Of a stretch of 14,720 bases of DNA, positions 1-7,189 are shown piece after piece. The notes beneath the pieces were generated by a model that was given only the letters and a program-made list of their open reading frames with translations, searched no databases and had not been told where the DNA came from. The number at the start of each line of letters is the position of its first letter. Positions within the stretch are counted from its first letter, which is position 1. The DNA comes from a virus (lineage: Duplodnaviria; Heunggongvirae; Uroviricota; Caudoviricetes), in the IMG/VR virus record IMGVR_UViG_2711768072_000014. The stretch is one strand, 5' to 3'. The position numbers and the translations under genes are program-made.

Positions 1-1218
1 ATGAACAAACTGAGCGACACATTGCTAAGGAAACTTCATGGTAAGCCAGCGGAGAAAAACACGTTTTATAGTGATGGCGGAAACCTGAGCGTGAAATATT
101 TAACATCAGGGAAATTGACCTGGTATTTCACATACAGGGCCGGAACGGGAAGGGAGACACGACCCGAACGCATTAAGCTGGGAAGTTATCCTGATCTGAG
201 CCTGAAAGCAGCCAGGGAAAAAGCCGCACAGTGTCGCACATGGCTGGCTGAGGGGAAAAATCCACGTCATGAGATGAATTACACCGTACAGGAAGCGTTA
301 AAGCCCGTAACGGTTGGCGATGCGCTCACCTACTGGCTTGAGTATTACGTAAAGGAAAACCGCGTGGATTATATCGCCCTGAAAAGGCGACTTAATAATC
401 ACGTAATACAGCAGATTGGTGCTATGCCGCTGGATAAATGCGAGCTACGGCACTGGCTGGCCTGTTTTGACCAGGTGGCAAAGCGAACGCCTGTTACTGC
501 CGGATTCGTGCTACAGGCGTGCAAACAGGCGCTTAAGTTCTGCCGTAGGCGGCGCTATGCAATCAGCAACGTTCTGGACGATCTGAACGTGGCGGACGTT
601 GGGAAAAAACCGGATATAAGCGAACGTGTCTTAAGTAACAAAGAACTTGGCGAATTATTGCAGGCACTGGACAAAAAAATATTTTCCCCTTACTACGTCG
701 CGTTAATCCGCCTCCTGATTGTCTTCGGAGCCAGGACGGTAGAACTGAGGCTATCGGAGATCGGGGAGTGGGATTTTACGGAAATGCTATGGACCGTTCC
801 GAAGGAGCACAGCAAAACGAAGGTCGCAATATTCCGGCCCATACCGGAAGCGATCCTGCCGTTCGTCACGCAGCTGGTGGAGCAGAACAGGCACACGGGC
901 TTATTGCTGGGGGAAGCGAAACAGGAGGCCAGCGTATCGCAGTATGGAAGATTAGCGCACAGGAGGCTTAATCATCCTCACTGGTCACTGCATGACATCC
1001 GGCGCACCTTTACAACCATGCTGAACGATTTAGGCGTTGATCCGCATGTCGTGGAGCAGCTTACAGGTCATCAGATGCCAGGAATGCAGCGAGTTTATAA
1101 TCATTCCCGTTATCTGGATGCTAAACGCAATGCGCTGGATATGTGGACGGAGCGGTTAGGGATACTGGCGGGAACACATGAAAACGTAACCACGCTACCA
1201 GTAGCCAGAAGAAAATAA
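1..1218 (+). CDS. int: Tyrosine site-specific integrase, P4-like (N-terminal arm-binding domain plus C-terminal catalytic domain)
   Basis: 405-aa ORF. N-terminus FYSDGGNLSVKY...WYFTYR resembles the arm-type DNA-binding domain of P4-family integrases. C-terminus HDIRRTF...LTGHQ...RVYNHSRY carries the R/H/R/Y catalytic signature of tyrosine recombinases. Confidence 0.9.
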   Translation: MNKLSDTLLRKLHGKPAEKNTFYSDGGNLSVKYLTSGKLTWYFTYRAGTGRETRPERIKLGSYPDLSLKAAREKAAQCRTWLAEGKNPRHEMNYTVQEALKPVTVGDALTYWLEYYVKENRVDYIALKRRLNNHVIQQIGAMPLDKCELRHWLACFDQVAKRTPVTAGFVLQACKQALKFCRRRRYAISNVLDDLNVADVGKKPDISERVLSNKELGELLQALDKKIFSPYYVALIRLLIVFGARTVELRLSEIGEWDFTEMLWTVPKEHSKTKVAIFRPIPEAILPFVTQLVEQNRHTGLLLGEAKQEASVSQYGRLAHRRLNHPHWSLHDIRRTFTTMLNDLGVDPHVVEQLTGHQMPGMQRVYNHSRYLDAKRNALDMWTERLGILAGTHENVTTLPVARRK

Positions 1219-1235
1219 TTTTTTTCGTGTTTTTT

Positions 1236-1251
1236 CAGTATGCGCATACTG
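1236..1251. repeat. 16-bp perfect palindrome CAGTATGCGCATACTG just after the integrase stop, followed by ACAA-rich short repeats (to about 1310)
   Basis: Sequence is its own reverse complement. Downstream run ACAACATGCAACAATGAGCAACAATGCGGAACAACTACGAACAA contains CAACAATG twice. Lies in the int-alpA intergenic region. Confidence 0.5.
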
Positions 1252-1592
1252 GATATGCGAACAGATACAACATGCAACAATGAGCAACAATGCGGAACAA
1301 CTACGAACAAGAGGCGAAAAAGTGTACGGATTTATAAGTGGCTGATTTTTAATGTGTTACTGGTTTTTTATACACTAGCGAATCACTCTTTAAATAGCGA
1401 GAAAAAAGGCATGAAACAATATTTTATGCCTTTGTATTAACATGAATTTAAATGATTTTATCCTGATTATTCCTGTTTCTGTAAACCATACGACCTCAAC
1501 ATTTGCCAACTCTGAATCATCCTGACACAATCAGACACATCCCAACGCAATAGAACACGAAATAACTCTTTAAGAAACGAAAGGGGGCAATA

Positions 1593-1781
1593 GTGTTAAG
1601 CACTGATCGGTTTATACGTGAAAAAGAATGCGAAAAGCTAACAGGCCTTAGCCGCTCATGCCGCTACCGCCTGGAAAAGGCCGGACAATTCCCATCACGT
1701 CGTAAACTTGGCGGTCGTTCCGTTGGCTGGTCTTTATCCGAGGTTCTGGCCTGGAAGGATAGCTGCAAGGCAGTTCATTAA
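1593..1781 (+). CDS. alpA: AlpA-family transcriptional regulator / excisionase-like small DNA-binding protein
   Basis: 62-aa ORF with GTG start at 1593 preceded by AGGGGG Shine-Dalgarno. Motif LTGLSRSCRYRLEKAGQFP...KLGGRSVGW matches the AlpA/MerR-type helix-turn-helix signature (LTGLSRSTIYRL..G.FP...LGGRSVRW). Confidence 0.85.
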   Translation: MLSTDRFIREKECEKLTGLSRSCRYRLEKAGQFPSRRKLGGRSVGWSLSEVLAWKDSCKAVH

Positions 1782-1927
1782 TCACGCTGGCGGCACACAG
1801 CCGCCACACATCAATCATCTGAACACAGAGCTATAACCATGAAGATTGAATATACGCCAGAACGTGGGCGGGGATTCGTTCGCCCTGGTGAGACTGGAAA
1901 ACCACAAAATTGGGGTTTTTCAGGCAT

Positions 1928-1955
1928 AAAAAAAGCGGCCCCGAAATGGAGCCGC
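1928..1955 (-). terminator. Putative intrinsic terminator for leftward (minus-strand) transcription
   Basis: GCGGC (1935-1939) pairs with GCCGC (1951-1955) around an 11-nt loop. On the minus strand the stem is followed by a U7 run (A-run 1928-1934 on +). Sits downstream of the minus-strand ORFs at 2051-2461. Confidence 0.35.
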
Positions 1956-2050
1956 CTTTCTGAACAGATAACCCGCTGCGCCGTTTGTGTGTGTGATCCC
2001 AAACATAAGCACGGGGATGATAGCCGCTATCAGGCTGGTGGGCAATGCAA

Positions 2051-2239
2051 TCAGTCTGGTTCAGTTCGTTGCCATACCTGCAATGAGCGCTTTTCCCTGT
2101 ACTCTTTAAGGAATTGCTCAAGGGCAAAAGCACATGGCGCGAATCTTTCTGATTCATGTTCTATCTTTCTGCGCCGTCTTTTCCGTGCCGGTGATAATGT
2201 TTTGGTCAATTCTTTATCGGTCATTGTGTTGTCCTGCAT
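2051..2239 (-). CDS. Hypothetical small basic protein (62 aa), possibly co-transcribed with the RHH gene
   Basis: ORF in the track. Very basic stretch (ARKRRRRK). Lies 42 nt downstream of the RHH gene on the same strand. No clear Shine-Dalgarno. Confidence 0.35.
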   Translation of the reverse strand: MQDNTMTDKELTKTLSPARKRRRRKIEHESERFAPCAFALEQFLKEYREKRSLQVWQRTEPD

Positions 2240-2281
2240 AGCAATGCGCCGTAATACCTTACACCACGGCGCTGATGGTGA

Positions 2282-2461
2282 TTACTCTGGTTCTTTGGCC
2301 TTGCGCCGCTGGCGATATTCAACTTCTCGTTTTAATGCTGCAGTAACAAATTGCCCCGTACTTTCGCCAGGCATTTTTACCGCCTCAACATTGTTCATAA
2401 CTTCATGCGGAACCCTTGCCGCAACGGTTTGTGATTTTGCGTTTACTGCTTTTGTCGCCAT
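2282..2461 (-). CDS. Small ribbon-helix-helix-like DNA-binding protein (59 aa), candidate repressor of the divergent operon; below the size cutoff of the ORF track
   Basis: Translated by hand from the reverse complement: MATKAVNAKSQTVAARVPHEVMNNVEAVKMPGESTGQFVTAALKREVEYRQRRKAKEPE. ATG at 2461-2459 with GAGGGG Shine-Dalgarno 8 nt upstream; stop TAA at 2284-2282. The pattern of a short strand (VAARVPHEV) followed by two helices, and the basic tail, fit an RHH (Arc/CopG-like) fold. Confidence 0.6.
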   Translation of the reverse strand: MATKAVNAKSQTVAARVPHEVMNNVEAVKMPGESTGQFVTAALKREVEYRQRRKAKEPE

Positions 2462-2511
2462 GTGGTGTACCCCTCATAAAAAACAAATGCAGTATGCAGG
2501 AAAAAAAATAA

Positions 2512-2563
2512 GTGTTCAACACTTGACGTGTTTAACACCTGGGTTTAAATTGGTGTTCAACAC
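2512..2563. promoter_or_regulatory. Operator array: three copies of the 11-bp palindrome GTGTT(C/T)AACAC overlapping a candidate rightward promoter
   Basis: Copies at 2512-2522 (GTGTTCAACAC), 2528-2538 (GTGTTTAACAC) and 2553-2563 (GTGTTCAACAC). -35 TTGACG at 2523-2528 and -10 TAAATT at 2546-2551 with 17-bp spacing. Sits between the divergent RHH gene (minus) and the rightward operon starting at about 2661. Confidence 0.6.
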
Positions 2564-2660
2564 CTTGTTGGCGCAAGGTGCAGAAACGACGAAACCCGGC
2601 AGTGCGCTAACACTAACCGGGCTTCTAACCACCAACGATAGCGAAAGTATCGAGGTAGCT

Positions 2661-2864
2661 ATGAGAAATAATACCACACACCCGCAAGGGCGGGACTCGC
2701 ACAACCTGAATAAATACATCTGGCGTTTTATCGCCCTGAGCACGGCACAACCGCGCGTGATTACCATTGAGGCCACCAGCGAACAGGAAGCACGCCAGCA
2801 ATCTCCGGCTGGCTGCGTGATGGTATTCGCTGCCCGTATTCGTCAGGAGGTGCGCCATGATTAA
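2661..2864 (+). CDS. Hypothetical protein (67 aa), possible first gene of the rightward operon
   Basis: In-frame ATG at 2661 preceded by GAGGT. Stop overlaps the start of the next gene by 8 nt. It is the only part of the long 1839-2864 ORF with a plausible start downstream of the promoter. Confidence 0.4.
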   Translation: MRNNTTHPQGRDSHNLNKYIWRFIALSTAQPRVITIEATSEQEARQQSPAGCVMVFAARIRQEVRHD

Positions 2865-3069
2865 TCTGTCACTTACTGACCTTAACCGCATTCAGTTTCG
2901 TGAGAAATTCACAGGGCAGCTACTGGTCAATGTGGATAAAGGTCGCGTGGTGTGTAATTACCACTTACCAGATGAAGCAATTGTCGCCACAAGGGAATCA
3001 TTACAGGAAATCACAAAACGTGCCGGAATGATTAACACGAATATTCAGGGGATGCTTTATGCACAATAA
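2857..3069 (+). CDS. Hypothetical protein (70 aa)
   Basis: ATG at 2857 with strong AGGAGG Shine-Dalgarno 6 nt upstream. Stop overlaps the next start. Confidence 0.6.
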   Translation: MINLSLTDLNRIQFREKFTGQLLVNVDKGRVVCNYHLPDEAIVATRESLQEITKRAGMINTNIQGMLYAQ

Positions 3070-3298
3070 AACCACACCGGACGCAGCCGCCGAAGCCATC
3101 AAAACGCTGATGCACGCGCTGATTGATATTTCTGTTATCGCGGACAGGGCACATAAGCACGCCACCAGCGAAACAGAATATGCCGGTGCTTTCGTTCCTC
3201 ACTCACTGGCTGTCATGCAATTTAGTGCTGATACGGCGCTGAATGAGGCCAAAGCTATCCTGATTGCTGATTGTGAAAATGGGGGGGGTTATGCGTGA
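3059..3298 (+). CDS. Hypothetical protein (79 aa)
   Basis: ATG at 3059 overlapping the upstream stop; AGGGGA upstream. Translationally coupled arrangement. Confidence 0.55.
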   Translation: MHNKTTPDAAAEAIKTLMHALIDISVIADRAHKHATSETEYAGAFVPHSLAVMQFSADTALNEAKAILIADCENGGGYA

Positions 3299-3524
3299 TG
3301 ATCGTTTTAATTCCCTGAAACAGGAATTTTCCGGCGTTCCTGATGATGCGGCTGATGCGCTTTCGTCAATGCCAGAACTTATTAGAGCGGCTTTTTTCTT
3401 ACTTTCCACGAGAGAATATAAATCAACGGGGCTTGATGTACTGAATATCGCCGCCGATTATGCGGAATATGTGGCAGAGGCGCGTTATAGAAGAAAATTT
3501 CCTGAGGATGTAAGCCATGCGTGA
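3291..3524 (+). CDS. Hypothetical protein (77 aa from ATG 3291; the track ORF begins at 3264 with TTG)
   Basis: ATG at 3291 preceded by a G8 run acting as Shine-Dalgarno and overlapping the upstream stop (ATGCGTGATGA). Start assignment is uncertain. Confidence 0.5.
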   Translation: MRDDRFNSLKQEFSGVPDDAADALSSMPELIRAAFFLLSTREYKSTGLDVLNIAADYAEYVAEARYRRKFPEDVSHA

Positions 3525-3750
3525 TATTTACCACCAAACAATAGACCGCGCATTTCTTGCACTTTCTCACAGTGAAAACATGCTGGAAATATTGCGCATA
3601 TGGCTTGAAACACTTGGCGACAATGAACGCGACAAACAAAAATCAAGAATTGCCACGGCATTAATAACGCTTCTTGAGCCTGTAATAATGGAACTGCAAG
3701 AAATAGATCTATTGCACGACAGATATAAAGAACAGCACACCGGAGAATAA
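3517..3750 (+). CDS. Hypothetical protein (77 aa)
   Basis: ATG at 3517 overlapping the upstream stop; GAGGA 8 nt upstream. Confidence 0.55.
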   Translation: MRDIYHQTIDRAFLALSHSENMLEILRIWLETLGDNERDKQKSRIATALITLLEPVIMELQEIDLLHDRYKEQHTGE

Positions 3751-3755
3751 AAATA

Positions 3756-4055
3756 ATGAAACTTAAATATTCTGGCTTAACTGCCAGTGGCAACACTCAC
3801 CCTAAATTTACGCGCGGTGATATTTACCGCGACCAGTACGGCGGCACGGTAATGATTAAGGGCGTGGCGGGACGGTGCGTAACTTACCGCCGTGAAGGTT
3901 ACGAATATGATTGCGTGATGCCTGTTTATCAGTTCCGGCGTGATTTTTCTCTGGTACAGACCGCGCCGCATAACGTGCCCACCAGCAACGCCAGGGCACG
4001 GGCAAACATCCAGAAGCTGAAAACCATGATTAACGGATTCAGGGGCAAGAAATGA
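3756..4055 (+). CDS. Hypothetical protein (99 aa)
   Basis: ATG at 3756 with GGAGA upstream. Stop overlaps the start of the replication gene (ATGA). Confidence 0.6.
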   Translation: MKLKYSGLTASGNTHPKFTRGDIYRDQYGGTVMIKGVAGRCVTYRREGYEYDCVMPVYQFRRDFSLVQTAPHNVPTSNARARANIQKLKTMINGFRGKK

Positions 4056-5449
4056 AAAGCGCACCGAACTTAAAAAAACAGCCTTACGACAAGATGACCG
4101 AAGTCATCATTTTTGCGGGTAGTGATGCGTGGGCACATGCGAAACAGTGGCAGGAACAGGACGGGCGACTGGCTGGCGATAATGTGCCTCCCATTGTGCT
4201 GGCTGATGATCAACTGGATGAACTGGCAGACCTGAGAATCATCGACGAGGGGCGCTATTGTGTCCGGCTGTACAAGGCAGGCCACATCAGGCCATCAAAT
4301 ATTAATGCCATTGCGCACAAGCTGGCGGCGGCGGGCGTAACTGATGCGAATTATTACCCCGAAGGGATACACAGCCAGAAGCGGGAGAACTGGCGCGAAT
4401 ATCTGGAACGGGAGCGGGGGAAAAAGCCAGGGGAAGAACACCACCAGCGAAAAACCACGCTACCGATGAGCGTTGGATCTGCCGGATACGACACGCAATT
4501 AGATTACGTGGTAAAGGGGATTATTCCGGCATCGTCGCTATGCAGCATATACGGGGCAAGCGGTTCCTATAAATCATTCCTTGCGGGTTCGTGGGCGTGT
4601 CACGTTTCCACGGGCCGCCAGTGGGGAGGCCGCAGGGTGGCGCATGGCGCTGTTCTCTATGTGGTTGGTGAAGGCGGTATCGGCGTTCCGCGTCGTGTAA
4701 AAGCCTGGGAGGTTGTGCACGGTGAGCAGGTGAAAAATCTGTATCTGGTAAACCGTCCAGTTTTTCCGGCTGTCCCGCTTGATGTTGATGAACTGGTTAT
4801 CGCTGCCCGTCAGGTGGAGCGGGAAACGGGTAAACCTGTACGCATGATTATTCTTGATACTCTGGCGCGTTGCTTTGGTGGCAATGATGAAAATGATTCC
4901 CGTGATATGGGGGCGTTTATCCGTGGGTGTGACGAGCTTAAACGGCGCACAGGGGCCACGGTGCTGGTGGTTCACCATTCCGGCAAGGATGAGACGAAAG
5001 GCGCGCGCGGTTCCAGTGCATTTCGTGCTTCGCTGGATGCTGAATACCGGATACGCAGGGAGGACGCAGGAAGCGAAGCGCTGGTTATCTCATGCACCAA
5101 AATGAAGGACGCGGAGGAACTCAAAGAGGCTGCCTATGATTTGCGGGTGGTGGAGCTTTTTACCGACGCTGACGGGGAGTTAATCACGTCGCTGGTGGTG
5201 GTGGATAAGCCGCGCCCTCCCGTTGAACTGGAGCGCATCGAGGAGGCAGGCAACAAGACGGAAAACCATACCGCACTATGGGGGTGCATCCGTTCACGCA
5301 CACAGAACGGCGACAAGTGCACGATCCCGCTGTTACGTGATGACATGAAACGGCTTGGGTATGACGTGAAAAATATGCGGCGATGGTTAGCCAAACTGGA
5401 AAAAGACGCCGTGATTTACATTGATGGTGATGATGTAGGACCACTGTAA
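4052..5449 (+). CDS. Replication protein with RecA-fold ATPase domain (AAA_25 / RepA-DnaB-like helicase type; PICI Pri-Rep-like)
   Basis: 465-aa ORF. Walker A-like YGASGSYKSF, Walker B-like MIILDTL and LVVHHSGKDETKG are arranged as in RecA-fold replicative ATPases of plasmids and satellites. Immediately followed by an iteron cluster. Confidence 0.8.
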   Translation: MKSAPNLKKQPYDKMTEVIIFAGSDAWAHAKQWQEQDGRLAGDNVPPIVLADDQLDELADLRIIDEGRYCVRLYKAGHIRPSNINAIAHKLAAAGVTDANYYPEGIHSQKRENWREYLERERGKKPGEEHHQRKTTLPMSVGSAGYDTQLDYVVKGIIPASSLCSIYGASGSYKSFLAGSWACHVSTGRQWGGRRVAHGAVLYVVGEGGIGVPRRVKAWEVVHGEQVKNLYLVNRPVFPAVPLDVDELVIAARQVERETGKPVRMIILDTLARCFGGNDENDSRDMGAFIRGCDELKRRTGATVLVVHHSGKDETKGARGSSAFRASLDAEYRIRREDAGSEALVISCTKMKDAEELKEAAYDLRVVELFTDADGELITSLVVVDKPRPPVELERIEEAGNKTENHTALWGCIRSRTQNGDKCTIPLLRDDMKRLGYDVKNMRRWLAKLEKDAVIYIDGDDVGPL

Positions 5450-5450
5450 A

Positions 5451-5648
5451 AAGTGAGTAGCAAAAGTGAGTAATGGTGAGGTTTTTACAAAATATTAACA
5501 CGATTGCTCACTTTCTCACCTGTATACATGCTCAAAAGTGAGGAGTAAAAAAATGCTTATGAAACATGCATATATAAAACACGAAAATCTCAAGCGAGAC
5601 GAAGTGAGACGCGTTAAAAAGTGAGGCGTAAAAGTGAGCGCGAGTGAG
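5451..5648. repeat. Putative replication origin: iterons of (A)AGTGAG in direct and inverted orientation flanking AT-rich spacers
   Basis: AAGTGAG at 5451, 5464, 5536, 5602, 5619 and 5632; GGTGAG at 5475; GAGTGAG at 5642; inverted copies CTCACTT and TCTCACC at 5507-5520. AT-rich stretches at 5481-5500 and 5545-5590. Directly downstream of the replication ATPase gene. Confidence 0.6.
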
Positions 5649-5660
5649 GAGATAACCAAA

Positions 5661-5903
5661 ATGCGCAGAGACAGAACAGCGCCAAAATATAAAGCGTTAG
5701 ACATGACAGAGCACGCTTTAAAGGTGGCAATCAGAACGATAGACCGCCACGCGGGGGAAGGATACGCGAAGGAGCATCCCGAACTGATAAGCGCATTCAT
5801 GACAACAGCGGCGGCAAACTTTGCCACGCTGACAGAACGGGAGATTGCCGAAGCGGAACAGGTAACAACCATCAACGTTAAAACCGGAGAGGTGGAATCA
5901 TGA
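5661..5903 (+). CDS. Hypothetical protein (80 aa from ATG 5661; alternative GTG start at 5634)
   Basis: ORF in the track. GAGGA upstream of ATG 5661. The 5' end overlaps the iteron region, so the start is uncertain. Confidence 0.5.
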   Translation: MRRDRTAPKYKALDMTEHALKVAIRTIDRHAGEGYAKEHPELISAFMTTAAANFATLTEREIAEAEQVTTINVKTGEVES

Positions 5904-6205
5904 GCGAACCAAAATTTGGTGAAAAATTTTACAAGCACAACGGACGGATCACGATTCTGCAAATAAGCGCAGCTACACCAGGCTGGTGGGTTGAAACAGA
6001 CGAAGGATCCTCACCCGTGGCATCATGGGCGCTTTGTGTGCTTAGTTACCCTGACCGCGATGTGTATCAGGATATTCTGCCTGTGATATCCACTGACAAA
6101 GGCATGAAACCCGTAGACATCAAAAACATGGGGTTTCAGTGCGTAATGCTCACTGAAAAAATGATGGAAGAGATGAAAAAGAACAATGCCGGATCGCTTC
6201 ACTGA
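5900..6205 (+). CDS. Hypothetical protein (101 aa)
   Basis: ATG at 5900 with GGAGAGG Shine-Dalgarno; overlaps the upstream stop. Confidence 0.55.
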   Translation: MSEPKFGEKFYKHNGRITILQISAATPGWWVETDEGSSPVASWALCVLSYPDRDVYQDILPVISTDKGMKPVDIKNMGFQCVMLTEKMMEEMKKNNAGSLH

Positions 6206-6214
6206 GGTGGCAAT

Positions 6215-6625
6215 ATGACAGCACAAATTGCAGCTTACGGGCGGCTGGTGGACGACCCGCTGGTAAAACAGAGCAGCAAGGGCACACCGATGACTCTGGC
6301 GCGTATGGCGGTATCGTTGCCATGCAGCCAGGCACATGACGGACAGGCGACGTTATGGTTATCGGTTATCGCATTTGGCAAACAGGCCGATTTCCTGGCT
6401 AAACATCAAAAAGGCGATGTTGCCAGCGTATCCGGCACGATGCAGGTAAGCCAGTGGACCGGACAGAACGGGGAAACGCGGCGGGGGTATCAGGTTATTG
6501 CAGACAGCGTAATCAGTGCCCGCGCGGCACGTCCAGGCGGGAACAGACGCAAAACCACAGGCACACAGGGTAATCAGCCACCAGCGGGAGGCGATGACCC
6601 TTACGGTGACGGTATTCCGTTCTGA
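6215..6625 (+). CDS. ssb: Single-stranded DNA-binding protein (short SSB with acidic C-terminal tail)
   Basis: 136 aa. Core WLSVIAFGKQADFLAKHQKGD...QWTGQNGETRRGYQV parallels the E. coli SSB OB-fold (WHRVVLFGKLAE...KWTDQSGQDRY). The C-terminus DDPYGDGIPF matches the SSB protein-interaction tail (DDDIPF). GAGGTGG Shine-Dalgarno. Confidence 0.8.
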   Translation: MTAQIAAYGRLVDDPLVKQSSKGTPMTLARMAVSLPCSQAHDGQATLWLSVIAFGKQADFLAKHQKGDVASVSGTMQVSQWTGQNGETRRGYQVIADSVISARAARPGGNRRKTTGTQGNQPPAGGDDPYGDGIPF

Positions 6626-6635
6626 GGGGGTGACG

Positions 6636-6884
6636 ATGGTACATGACCGCACAGCGGAGGAACTCGAGGCAAAAGGCTTTTACCGGAGGGCGTCGGCGCG
6701 ATGGGGTGAAGTCATGCAACTGGTGGAGACAGACAAGGAACGGCATCAGGTTACGATGCGACGGCTGGAATGTTCCAGGAAGGCACAGAGGCCACCGGAG
6801 CCGCCAACGGAGAACTACGCAGACCTGAGAAATGCAGTAAATCGCACTTACGCAGACATGGGGCTGAGCAAATTAGCAGAGTAG
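6636..6884 (+). CDS. Small putative transcriptional regulator, PerC-like (tentative family assignment)
   Basis: 82 aa from ATG 6636, with GGGGG upstream just after the SSB stop. Motif AEELEAKGFYRRASARWGEVM resembles the LEAKG-x-RRAA-x-RW motif I recall for PerC/Pch-family activators; this is a recollection, not a search. The track ORF starting at 6516 overlaps ssb and is taken as an unlikely extension. Confidence 0.5.
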   Translation: MVHDRTAEELEAKGFYRRASARWGEVMQLVETDKERHQVTMRRLECSRKAQRPPEPPTENYADLRNAVNRTYADMGLSKLAE

Positions 6885-6907
6885 GAATATCAGAACCACA
6901 CCACGCA

Positions 6908-6938
6908 GCCGGAGCAATCCGGCTTTTTGTTATTTTTT
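6908..6938 (+). terminator. Intrinsic terminator after the PerC-like gene
   Basis: GCCGGA (6908-6913) pairs with TCCGGC (6918-6923) around a GCAA loop, followed by TTTTTGTTATTTTTT. Confidence 0.6.
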
Positions 6939-7150
6939 GTAAATTATTTGTTCGTGGTTGTTCCACGTTGTTCACTGAGCGGATCGGCATATTTTACCCG
7001 AACTGAATCATGATTATTCTCGCCCGTGGTGCCAGGACGCTGGGGCCACTTTCCTGCCTGTTAATGTGCCCGCCAATATTCATTACCAGGCGGGAAAACG
7101 ATCGGTGCGATTACTGATTTCCTTATGAAAAACGGTTGAGTGTTTGCCGC

Positions 7151-7189
7151 GTCCTGGAGTTCCTTACTTAACCCCAGGACTTTTTTTTT
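7151..7189 (+). terminator. Terminator-like hairpin plus T9 run abutting the capsid gene start codon (candidate attenuator)
   Basis: GTCCTGG (7151-7157) pairs with CCAGGAC (7174-7180); T9 at 7181-7189; ATG at 7190. No Shine-Dalgarno between the hairpin and the start. Confidence 0.4.

Noticed and set aside
693-971. Short ORFs on both strands inside the integrase gene
   Set aside because: Embedded within a well-supported integrase CDS; typical spurious frames.
1831-2157. 108-aa minus-strand ORF
   Set aside because: Overlaps the terminator at 1928-1955 and the better-positioned 2051-2239 ORF in another frame; no ribosome-binding site.
1839-2864. 341-aa + strand ORF spanning alpA's downstream region through the operator region
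   Set aside because: It runs across a convergent terminator, the minus-strand RHH gene and the operator/promoter region, has low-complexity composition and no ribosome-binding site at 1839. Only its last 67 codons (2661-2864) look like a plausible gene.
4574-5501. Minus-strand ORFs (134, 86, 105 aa) inside the replication ATPase gene
   Set aside because: Antisense to a confidently called CDS with clear ATPase motifs.
5516-5962. 148-aa minus-strand ORF across the iteron region
   Set aside because: Covers the iteron/AT-rich origin and is antisense to two + strand genes with Shine-Dalgarno sites.
6516-6884. 122-aa version of the PerC-like ORF starting inside ssb
   Set aside because: Would overlap the ssb 3' end by 110 nt in another frame. 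The internal ATG at 6636, just after the ssb stop and preceded by a G-rich Shine-Dalgarno, is more plausible.
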